Source of the DNA: Acutalibacteraceae bacterium
GTDB taxonomy: Bacteria; Bacillota; Clostridia; Oscillospirales; Acutalibacteraceae
DNA: 34,383 nt
Direction: 5' to 3'
Assembly: GCA_045591605.1 (NCBI GenBank)
Contig: JAZNTC010000182.1
Span: 1-34,383 of the forward strand
The notes under the pieces were generated by a model. It saw only the letters and a list, made by a program, of their open reading frames with translations. It did no database searches and was not told the origin of the DNA. This document shows, piece by piece, positions 24,171-31,601 of this stretch (positions are counted from its first letter, which is position 1; each line of letters opens with the position of its first letter). Both the position numbers and the translations under genes were made by a program.

Positions 24171-25025
24171 TTATTTTGTCATAAACAGCACGCCGAGCGT
24201 TTCGGGGCCGCAATGGCAGGAGATGGTGCAACCGGCACGCGTAACGTAGATGTTTTCGAACGGGCCGCATTCCGCGACCACCTTCTTCAGCGCTTCGACG
24301 TTTTCGTCGGCGGTGCCGGAATGGGTGATGAACACCTTTTCGTAGTCGATGTTGTCATACGCCGCCAGCGTTTCGCGCACATACTGCTCGCGCACTTTGG
24401 CAAGCGGACCGCGGTATTTTTTACCCACGCCCATCGTGCCGTCGGCATTGTTCACTTCGATGCAGGGTTTGAGTTGCAACACGTTCGCGCCCATCATGGC
24501 GAGTGCCGAGCAACGGCCGCCCTTGTGCAGGAATTCCAAACGGTCCAACACAAAACTGGCATGGCAATGCGGCACCAAGGCGCGCAATTCTTCGGCAATC
24601 TGCTCGGCAGGCAAACCTGCCGCAATGCGCTTCGCCGCTTCGATCACCAGCAAGCCCGAACCGGTGGACAGGTTACACGAGTCAACAACCCACACGTTGC
24701 CCACTTCTTCTGCCGCCAATCCTGCGTTTTGGCAGGAGGAGGACAGTCCGTGTCCGAGCGAGATGTGAATCACGTCACAGCCGGTATCCACAAAACTGCG
24801 GAAGAACTCTTCATACGTGGCGATGTTGATCGCCGCGGTGCGCGGCAACTGCTTGGTCTCGCGATAAATTGCATAAATACGGTCGGGATCGATGGTGATA
24901 CCGTCGAGATATTGCTCATCCCCCAACGTCACGTTAAACGGCACGGTACGAACATTGTATTTTTCCAGCAACACATCCCCCAAATCGCAGGTGCTGTCGG
25001 CGGAAAGAATGATCGGTCTGCTCAT
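24171..25025 (-). CDS. DegV-family fatty-acid-binding protein
   Basis: 284 aa. IILSADSTCDL..., ...TAAINIATYEEFF..., ...SFVLDRLEFLHKGGR... layout typical of DegV/EDD-fold proteins. Confidence 0.85.
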   Translation of the reverse strand: MSRPIILSADSTCDLGDVLLEKYNVRTVPFNVTLGDEQYLDGITIDPDRIYAIYRETKQLPRTAAINIATYEEFFRSFVDTGCDVIHISLGHGLSSSCQNAGLAAEEVGNVWVVDSCNLSTGSGLLVIEAAKRIAAGLPAEQIAEELRALVPHCHASFVLDRLEFLHKGGRCSALAMMGANVLQLKPCIEVNNADGTMGVGKKYRGPLAKVREQYVRETLAAYDNIDYEKVFITHSGTADENVEALKKVVAECGPFENIYVTRAGCTISCHCGPETLGVLFMTK

Positions 25026-25201
25026 AATGGATTCACCTCAATCAAAATTCGGGAAAACCCCGTCCGAGGGTACTATACCACAAATGTTGTAAAAAAACAA
25101 GAGAGGACACTTGTTTTTTTGCAAAAATATGGTATGATAGATTAGTATAACTGTTGTTAACGGCATAATTTCGTGCAACAAAAAGGAAGGCAAGGTATGG
25201 T

Positions 25202-28200
25202 ATGGAACGAAACAAGATCTCTTTGAAACTCTCGTTGTGGGAGATCCTGCGCATCGTCGCGATGGTGCTGTTCTTTGTGGGCATCACGGTGCTGGGGTAT
25301 TGGTATTTCACCCACGACAACGCGCAGTTGGAAGTGCGTAACGAAGCGCAAAAACTGCTGTATCCGTTGGGGCTGGGTATGTTGCTCGGCGGTCTGCTCA
25401 CCGCCACCTTGGCGGCGCTGGCATGGAACCACAGCGAGGAACGTCCCGTGTGGTACTATCCCGTGGTGTCGGCATTTCTCACCTTCTGCGGTCTCGGTCT
25501 GGCATACGTTCTGCTGGGCATTTGGCCGATCGCGGAAGAAACCTGTATGATCGTGGATATGCACCACCAATACGGTCCACTGCTTGCCAAACTGCGCGCC
25601 ATGCTGCTTCAGGGGAACGGATTTTTCTATTCGTTTGATCTCGGTATGGGTGCGAACTTCTTACCTGCATTTGCCTATTACCTTGCCAGTCCGCTCAATG
25701 CCTTGCTTGTGTTGTTCCCCGAATCGCTGTTGCCCGAAGGCATCTTCCTCATCACCATTGTGAAGAATATGCTGATTGCGGCAAGTTTTGCGCTGTGCGT
25801 GCAATACGTTTACGGCAAACGCTCGCCCGTGGTGGTGGCGGTGTCGCTGATGTATTCCATGATGATGTACGTGTTGGCATACTCTTGGAACATCATGTGG
25901 CTGGACGGTGTGATCGCTCTGCCGCTGGTGGTGATGGGTTTTGAGCACATGATGCGTCGCGGCAAATATTTGCCCTACGTGCTGTCGCTGGCATACGCCT
26001 TGTTTGCGAACTACTACATCGGCTTTATGCTGTGTGTATTTTTAGTGCTGTATTTCTTCGCCTATCTGTTTCGCCAAAAGCGCGAAACCAAAAACAACCG
26101 CTTGGCGCTGTGGCGTTTCACGCTGGGCTCGTTGCTCGGCGGCGGTCTCGCTATGTTCTTGGTGTTGCCCACCTTCCTCGCATTGGGGCAGACCTCGGCG
26201 GCAGGCGCCCAAATGCCCGATTGGGACGTGTATTTTGAACTGTTTGACATGCTGGGTCGTCACCTCTATCGCGTGTCTCCCACCATTCGTTCCCGTTTCT
26301 TGCCCAACGTGTATTGCGGCATTGCCGCGGTGGTGTTGGTGCCGCTGTTTGCGATGAACGAGGGGATTCCCCGTCGCCGCCGCATGGTGTATATGGCGTT
26401 GCTCGCGGTGTTGGCATTCAGCCTGCCGCTCAACCAGGCAAACCTGTTGTGGCACGGCTTGCACGCCCCCAACGACCTGCCCTACCGTTTCTCCTTCCTC
26501 TATTGCTTCGTTCTCATTTTGCTCAGCTACGAAACGCTGTTGCACATTCGCACGGTGCAGCCGCGCCAAATCGTGGCCACCTTTCTCGGTGTCCTCACTT
26601 TCATTGTGTTGCAAGAGCGGTTTGGTAACAGCGAAACCTACGGGTTTCAGTCGCTGTATATCAGCTTGTTGCTCGCGGCGATTTATGCGGTGTTGTGCTT
26701 CTTGCTGTCGCAGGAAAAGGTGCGCCGCCGTGTGGGCGCGATGATGGTGCTAACCGTGGTGGCGATGGAAATGACCTTGAATGCCACCAACGTGATGAAT
26801 CAGTTGGACAGCCAGGAATATTACACCAACCACGAACACTACGTGGATAACATCACCACCGCCGGCGTGCGCGAAGCGGTGGACACGATGGAACGCAAAC
26901 TGGCGCAAAGCGGCGATTTGTTCTCCCGTATGGAGTTCATCCCTCGCCGCACCTGCATGGATACCGCCCTGTTCCAGTATAGCGGCATTACCTCGTTTGC
27001 ATCCAGCAACTCCTATCGCACCACGCGGTTTATGGGCGCGATGGGCTATGCGGTCAACGGCGTGAACAGTTATCTCTATAAGAGTTTCGTTCCCGTGACC
27101 GACTCGTTGCTCGGCATTCGCTACGTCGCGTTGGAAGGCAACCTGTCCTCCCACACCCAGTTGAAGCAGGTGGATTATGCCTACGTGTCGAACAACAAGG
27201 GCGAAGAAAAAGCGTTTTATATTTATGAAAATACGACGGCGTTGCCGATTGCGTGGCGTGCCAATGACACGGTGAAAACCTGGGCATCGTCCTATTACAA
27301 CCCCGTGGAAAGCATCAACGGGCTGTATGCCGCCATGACGGGCGACCCGTCCCCGGTGCTGGTGCCGATGCAAATTGAACCGTATAACGATATGCGCGGT
27401 GCGGTCACCGTCAACGGGACGTACGGCTTTCAGTTAAAGTCGTCCTCCTCCAAAACGGCGGAGTTCCGCGCCTACGCGGATGAAGACGGGCAGTATTTCA
27501 TTTACGTGGATTGCCGCGGTGCGGATTCCATTCAGGTGACGCAGGGCGATAACAGTTGGAGTGTCACCACCTACGAACCGTATTTCATTGATGCAGGCAC
27601 CCTTTCGGCAGGCGCCCCCGTTGCCGTGACGATCACGTCGGACACCTCTTGCGCCGGCAACGTGTACGTGGTGCGCATGGATGCCGCGGTGTTCAACCGC
27701 GCGATCGAGACCCTGCGCGCCGACGGGTTGCAGGTCACCGAGTACACCGATAACCGCATGGTGGGCAACGTGACAGCATCGGCTGTCGGTGCGATGGTCA
27801 CCTCCATCCCCTATGATGCCGGCTGGCGCGTGAAGGTGGACGGCAAGGAAGTAGCGACCTATCCGCTGGATCAAGCGGTGCCCGATGGGGTGAAACCCGA
27901 AGACAACAAGGGCGGTGCTCTGCTCGGCTTTGACATCCCGGCAGGCGCACACGAGGTGGAACTCGTCTTTGTGCCGCACGGCTTTGTGCCGGGGGTGTTG
28001 CTCAGCCTGATTAGTCTGCTGTTGATTGTGGCGGTGGCGTTGCTCACCGGCCGCAAGGCGCATTGGGCAAAGGCGACACCCGTGGCGTGGATGGTGGATA
28101 CCACCGATCTGGATGCCCTGCCGACCGCCGATGAAACGGAATCGGTACGGCTCGATGAGGAGTCGCCCCTTGCGAAAGAACCGTTGCCGGACGAAGAATC

Positions 28201-28282
28201 GCCCGTTGAGACAGAGCGGTTGACCGACGAGAGCGAGGAACAAAAACCTGCCCCCCAAGAAAGTGAGGAGACCGCCGAATGA
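25202..28282 (+). CDS. YfhO-family GT-C membrane glycosyltransferase (1026 aa) with C-terminal TM helix and acidic tail
   Basis: FFYSFDLGMGANFLPAFAYYLASPLNALLVLFPE and many TM helices, then a large extracytoplasmic domain, a terminal TM helix and a D/E-rich tail. Confidence 0.8.
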   Translation: MERNKISLKLSLWEILRIVAMVLFFVGITVLGYWYFTHDNAQLEVRNEAQKLLYPLGLGMLLGGLLTATLAALAWNHSEERPVWYYPVVSAFLTFCGLGLAYVLLGIWPIAEETCMIVDMHHQYGPLLAKLRAMLLQGNGFFYSFDLGMGANFLPAFAYYLASPLNALLVLFPESLLPEGIFLITIVKNMLIAASFALCVQYVYGKRSPVVVAVSLMYSMMMYVLAYSWNIMWLDGVIALPLVVMGFEHMMRRGKYLPYVLSLAYALFANYYIGFMLCVFLVLYFFAYLFRQKRETKNNRLALWRFTLGSLLGGGLAMFLVLPTFLALGQTSAAGAQMPDWDVYFELFDMLGRHLYRVSPTIRSRFLPNVYCGIAAVVLVPLFAMNEGIPRRRRMVYMALLAVLAFSLPLNQANLLWHGLHAPNDLPYRFSFLYCFVLILLSYETLLHIRTVQPRQIVATFLGVLTFIVLQERFGNSETYGFQSLYISLLLAAIYAVLCFLLSQEKVRRRVGAMMVLTVVAMEMTLNATNVMNQLDSQEYYTNHEHYVDNITTAGVREAVDTMERKLAQSGDLFSRMEFIPRRTCMDTALFQYSGITSFASSNSYRTTRFMGAMGYAVNGVNSYLYKSFVPVTDSLLGIRYVALEGNLSSHTQLKQVDYAYVSNNKGEEKAFYIYENTTALPIAWRANDTVKTWASSYYNPVESINGLYAAMTGDPSPVLVPMQIEPYNDMRGAVTVNGTYGFQLKSSSSKTAEFRAYADEDGQYFIYVDCRGADSIQVTQGDNSWSVTTYEPYFIDAGTLSAGAPVAVTITSDTSCAGNVYVVRMDAAVFNRAIETLRADGLQVTEYTDNRMVGNVTASAVGAMVTSIPYDAGWRVKVDGKEVATYPLDQAVPDGVKPEDNKGGALLGFDIPAGAHEVELVFVPHGFVPGVLLSLISLLLIVAVALLTGRKAHWAKATPVAWMVDTTDLDALPTADETESVRLDEESPLAKEPLPDEESPVETERLTDESEEQKPAPQESEETAE

Positions 28283-29223
28283 TTACGGTAATTATGCCGG
28301 TATATAATGAAGGCGAATTTATCTATCAAAACGTCTGCCGCGTGCGAGAGATACTCTCCGCCGCCGCGGTGGAACACCAGTTTTTGCTGGTAGACGACGG
28401 GTCAAAGGACAATTCCTTTGCCGAAATGTCCCGTCTGGCCGACGATTTCGAGGACGTATCCATCATCGGCCTGTCTCGCAACTTCGGTAAGGAGGCGGCG
28501 CTTTGTGCGGCGCTGGAAAATGCCGACGGCGATGCGGTGGTGGTGATGGATTCCGACCTGCAGCATCCGCCGAAATACATCCCCGAGATGGTGCGTTTAT
28601 GGAAAGAGGAAGGCTACGACGTGGTGGAAGGGGTCAAGGAAGACCGCGGCAAGGAATCGCTCGGCAGTAAGATTGCCGCCTTACTGTTTTATCGCACCTT
28701 TGCCAAATCCACCGGCATCGACATCGGCATCGCTTCGGATTTCAAACTGCTGGATCGCTCGGTGGTGGAAGCGTGGCGCAAACTGCCCGAACGTAATACC
28801 TTCTTCCGCGGTTTGTCCGCATGGGTGGGCTTCAAACGGTATGCCCTCCCCTTCAAAGTGGCGCCCCGTGCCGGCGGCGAAACCAAATGGACGTTCAAAG
28901 GTCTGGCGCGGTTAGCGCTCAATTCCCTCACCGCTTATTCCTCTGCGCCGCTGTTTTTGGTATTCTGGCTCGGTGTGTTGATGCTGCTCGCCGCCGTGGT
29001 GCTGACGGTGGAAACCTTGGTGATGTATTTTGCACGCCACGCCGCCCCCGGCTTTTCCACCGTTATTCTGTTGCAGTTGTTCATCGGCAGTGCCACCATG
29101 ATGAGCCTCAGCATAATCGGCATGTACATTGCGAAGATTTACGAGGAAGTCAAGGGACGTCCGCGCTACCTCATTCGTGCGGCGCGCGGTCGTGCGCTGA
29201 CCGCCTACAATAAGGAAAAATAA
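28279..29223 (+). CDS. GT2 polyprenyl-phosphate glycosyltransferase (GtrB/CsbB-like)
   Basis: VIMPVYNE, LLVDDGSKD, VMDSDLQHPP, two C-terminal TM helices. The ATG overlaps the yfhO-like stop (ATGA). Confidence 0.85.
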   Translation: MITVIMPVYNEGEFIYQNVCRVREILSAAAVEHQFLLVDDGSKDNSFAEMSRLADDFEDVSIIGLSRNFGKEAALCAALENADGDAVVVMDSDLQHPPKYIPEMVRLWKEEGYDVVEGVKEDRGKESLGSKIAALLFYRTFAKSTGIDIGIASDFKLLDRSVVEAWRKLPERNTFFRGLSAWVGFKRYALPFKVAPRAGGETKWTFKGLARLALNSLTAYSSAPLFLVFWLGVLMLLAAVVLTVETLVMYFARHAAPGFSTVILLQLFIGSATMMSLSIIGMYIAKIYEEVKGRPRYLIRAARGRALTAYNKEK

Positions 29224-29275
29224 GGAAGAAAGAGAACATTGTCGGAAAGAACTTTTAAAAATTTCACGAAAAGGC

Positions 29276-29304
29276 TTGACAGTTGCCAAAGTTCTGTGTA
29301 CAAT
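29276..29304 (+). promoter_or_regulatory. Near-consensus promoter TTGACA-17-TACAAT for the cohesin-domain gene
   Basis: -35 at 29276-29281, -10 at 29299-29304, followed by AAGGAG SD and the ATG at 29343. Confidence 0.7.
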
Positions 29305-29342
29305 GATAGCGTCCGATCATATTAAAAAAAGGAGAAGTTACA

Positions 29343-30053
29343 ATGAAAAAGATTTCTGTTATTGCACTGGTGTGCGCGTTGGCTATGATGCTGACGGTTC
29401 CGTTCGGCGCGTTTGCGGATGCGTCTTTCGCTTTCAATGCGAAGGATGTTTCCGGCAAAGTTGGCGATGAAGTTACTGTGGCGGTCGAATTCGCCATGGG
29501 TGAAGGCGTGTACCTGCTGAACGGCGACTTCGTGATCAGCTATCCCGCTGACAAACTGGATCTCGTGGTTCCTCCGAAGACCGGTGTGGCTGATCCGGCC
29601 AACAAGCTCTGCACTCTGACCGGCGTGTTTTTTGAAGTCAAGGCTGACGAAGACAAGGGCGAAATCAAGATTAACTTCGCGGATAGTTCTGCTGAAGCTC
29701 TGGCGAACATGACCGAGAAGGTCTTTGCCAAACTGCCCTTCGTCATCAAGGAAGGCGCTGAAGGCAAGATCGAGGTCGCGATCAACACCACCACCCTCAT
29801 GAGAACTGAGGATGGCATTACCGGTATTGACGCTCTGGCCGAGGAAGGCGAAATCACCGCTACTGCTGTGATCAACGTGGAGAAGGAAGCTGTTACTACT
29901 ACCACCACCAAGGCTACCACCGCTGCTCCGACCACTGCGGCTACCACCAAGGCTCCGACCGCTGCCGGCGAAGCTACTCCGTGGGCGCTGCTGGCGACCG
30001 TGACCGTTGCCGGTGCTGCTCTGGTTGTTCTGTCCACCAAGAAGAGCAAATAA
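29343..30053 (+). CDS. Secreted single-cohesin-domain protein with Thr-rich linker and C-terminal TM anchor
   Basis: Signal peptide MKKISVIALVCALAMMLTVPFGAFA. Cohesin-like pattern VSGKVGDEVTVAVEF...NGDFVISYPADKLDLV...KINFADSS...FAKLPFVIKEGAEGKIEVAI. Linker TTTTTKATTAAPTTAATTKAPTAAG. Tail PWALLATVTVAGAALVVLSTKKSK. Confidence 0.7.
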   Translation: MKKISVIALVCALAMMLTVPFGAFADASFAFNAKDVSGKVGDEVTVAVEFAMGEGVYLLNGDFVISYPADKLDLVVPPKTGVADPANKLCTLTGVFFEVKADEDKGEIKINFADSSAEALANMTEKVFAKLPFVIKEGAEGKIEVAINTTTLMRTEDGITGIDALAEEGEITATAVINVEKEAVTTTTTKATTAAPTTAATTKAPTAAGEATPWALLATVTVAGAALVVLSTKKSK

Positions 30054-30091
30054 TTCATAGATGATTGGATTAAACGGGTAACCGTTTAAGG

Positions 30092-30124
30092 AAGGGCTGA
30101 CCGCGAGGTCAGCCCTTTTCTTAT
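30092..30124 (+). terminator. Rho-independent terminator of the cohesin gene
   Basis: 11-bp stem AAGGGCTGACC / GGTCAGCCCTT with GCGA loop, followed by TTTCTTATCTT. Confidence 0.75.
30093..30121 (+). repeat. 29-nt perfect direct repeat, copy 1 (AGGGCTGACCGCGAGGTCAGCCCTTTTCT)
   Basis: Identical to 30277-30305. Confidence 0.9.
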
Positions 30125-30276
30125 CTTCTGTTGGGGTAGAAACCCAGAAAACGGAGGGAGGGGGTGTGTGCGGGGGCACCGTGAGGGTGCCCCTGCGCGT
30201 CGAGCGAGCGTACGCTCGCGGATAAACCCGTCCGCAGACGGACGGCAAGAAAGCGGTTTGCCGCTTTCGCAAGCCG

Positions 30277-30305
30277 AGGGCTGACCGCGAGGTCAGCCCT
30301 TTTCT
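30277..30305 (+). repeat. 29-nt perfect direct repeat, copy 2
   Basis: Identical to 30093-30121, located 184 nt downstream. Confidence 0.9.
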
Positions 30306-30361
30306 AATGCCTTGATGTGGCAGCAACCCAAAGAAAAACGTTACACGGATTTCGCCGCAAG

Positions 30362-30400
30362 GCGAATATCCTGCGGACGGGCGAGGACGCCCGTCCCTAC
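30362..30400 (-). repeat. 39-nt dispersed hairpin repeat, copy B (GGACGGGCG-TCCT-CGCCCGTCC core on the minus strand)
   Basis: The reverse complement matches 12980-13018 at 36/39 positions. Confidence 0.8.
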
Positions 30401-30427
30401 AACCGCAAACGTCTGTTTTCACATAAC

Positions 30428-30465
30428 AAAAAGAGAGGGTGTACCGTTCATGGTACACCCTCTCT
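30428..30465 (-). terminator. Terminator of the PAP2 gene
   Basis: 14-bp stem AGAGAGGGTGTACC / GGTACACCCTCTCT, followed on the minus strand by TTTT. Confidence 0.7.
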
Positions 30466-30492
30466 AATTTTAACCCTATGACCACTTGCCGT

Positions 30493-31410
30493 TTATTTCC
30501 TGCCCAACTTTGCGAAGAACCGGAAGGTCAGCGGCCACACACAACCGGCAAAGGCGGCAACGAGAAAATAGCGGATGCCGTCGGCCACGGGCGTGCCGCC
30601 GCACAGGGCAGTAAGCGGCACTTTCAGCCCCGATTTGATGGCGAGAAGCGGCAAAAGTCCCAACACCATCTTCAAAATTTGCGCCCACCACACGGCGGCG
30701 GTGTCAAAATGCAAGGCACGCTCATCCACTTCGAATGCCAGCCACAACCCAAGAAAACACCCCATCATTTTATGCGCCGTTTTCACACCGCTTTCGTAGT
30801 TGTGGGGGTCGATATCGGCAGGGAACGGAAACCACGTGACAAACGCCAAAAAGGCGACGGCAAGGAAGGCGCATGCCGCAAACAGTATGCGCATGCGGCG
30901 AGGACTTTGCAACGCGTTATTCACCAGCGGATACATCACCAGCACCAACGCGGTGCCCACCGCGAGGGATACGCCCACATCGAGCGGTGTGTGCACGCCG
31001 AGATACATCCGCGAAAGAGCGACCAGCGCACACAAAAGCAACAGCGCACCGCGCACCCACCACCGCGCGGCAAACCGCGCAATGCCGCCAAACAATCCCA
31101 CTGCGGTTTGGGTGTGTCCGCTGGGGAAGGAATAGCCGGTGGCGGCTTCCTTGGCATTGCCCACCACCGTAAGTGAAGGGTCTTGCACCCACGGACGCGG
31201 AATACGAACCAGCAGCTTCAAGAATTGATTCATCACCGTGCCCAAGAACCCGACAAACAGCAAATAGTAACCTTGTCGCTTGTTGATGCACCAGAAAAAC
31301 AGCAATCCTGCCACGATAAACAGCGTTTCTTCTCCGCATTGCGTCACAAGCGAAAAGAACGCATCCAAAAGCGGAGTACGCAACCCCGAAAGCCAATGCA
31401 AAAACGCCAT
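30493..31410 (-). CDS. PAP2-family lipid phosphatase (possible undecaprenyl-diphosphate or phosphatidate phosphatase) with extra C-terminal TM region
   Basis: KLLVRIPRP, PSGH and SRMYLGVHTPLD motifs. ATG at 31410 (MAFLHWL) is 7 nt after AAAGGAGG. The upstream part of ORF 30493..31650 is a non-coding extension. Confidence 0.85.
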   Translation of the reverse strand: MAFLHWLSGLRTPLLDAFFSLVTQCGEETLFIVAGLLFFWCINKRQGYYLLFVGFLGTVMNQFLKLLVRIPRPWVQDPSLTVVGNAKEAATGYSFPSGHTQTAVGLFGGIARFAARWWVRGALLLLCALVALSRMYLGVHTPLDVGVSLAVGTALVLVMYPLVNNALQSPRRMRILFAACAFLAVAFLAFVTWFPFPADIDPHNYESGVKTAHKMMGCFLGLWLAFEVDERALHFDTAAVWWAQILKMVLGLLPLLAIKSGLKVPLTALCGGTPVADGIRYFLVAAFAGCVWPLTFRFFAKLGRK

Positions 31411-31444
31411 GCGCCGGCCTCCTTTAACCCACAGTATACACCAG

Positions 31445-31473
31445 TATATACCACAAAGTTCCGCCGATGTCAA
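31445..31473 (-). promoter_or_regulatory. PAP2 gene promoter: TTGACA-17-TATATA with TGg extension
   Basis: Minus strand -35 at 31468-31473, -10 at 31445-31450. Confidence 0.6.
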
Positions 31474-31497
31474 ATGCGCGGCGTGTCGAATTTCTAC

Positions 31498-31526
31498 TTG
31501 ATATATTGGGTAGAATATGTTATAAT
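31498..31526 (+). promoter_or_regulatory. Promoter of the capD-like/degT-like operon: TTGATA-17-TATAAT
   Basis: -35 at 31498-31503, -10 at 31521-31526. Confidence 0.65.
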
Positions 31527-31601
31527 ACAGTAAATTATACTGTGTGAGTGTGCTCTTTTCGCGAAAGGCGGCGAAATGGAGCCCAAAAGGATGTGACAGG
31601 A

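Larger units (their letters stand above)
30054..30492. repeat. Intergenic cluster of at least ten short GC-rich stem-loops
   Basis: Hairpins with their loops: 30071-30088 (GTAA), 30092-30117 (GCGA), 30173-30193 (GTGAG), 30204-30219 (16-nt perfect palindrome), 30228-30245 (CAGA), 30249-30268 (TTTG), 30277-30300 (GCGA), 30351-30366 (GCAA), 30375-30396 (AGGA), 30432-30465 (GTTCAT). Confidence 0.8.

Noticed and set aside
29322-30485. 387-aa minus-strand ORF spanning the cohesin gene and the hairpin cluster, and ORF 12961-13158. Both translate the hairpin repeat into similar peptide strings (..RDG.P.PSAGYS..).
   Set aside because: The shared 'peptide' is just the 39-nt DNA repeat read through. 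The remainder is antisense to a well-supported gene or to terminator hairpins, and neither ORF has an SD.
31576-31596. 6-codon uORF (MEPKRM-stop) in the capD-like leader.
   Set aside because: It is very short with only a weak AAAGG upstream, and it cannot be distinguished from chance in a 75-nt leader. It is far less compelling than the uORF at 20501-20545.
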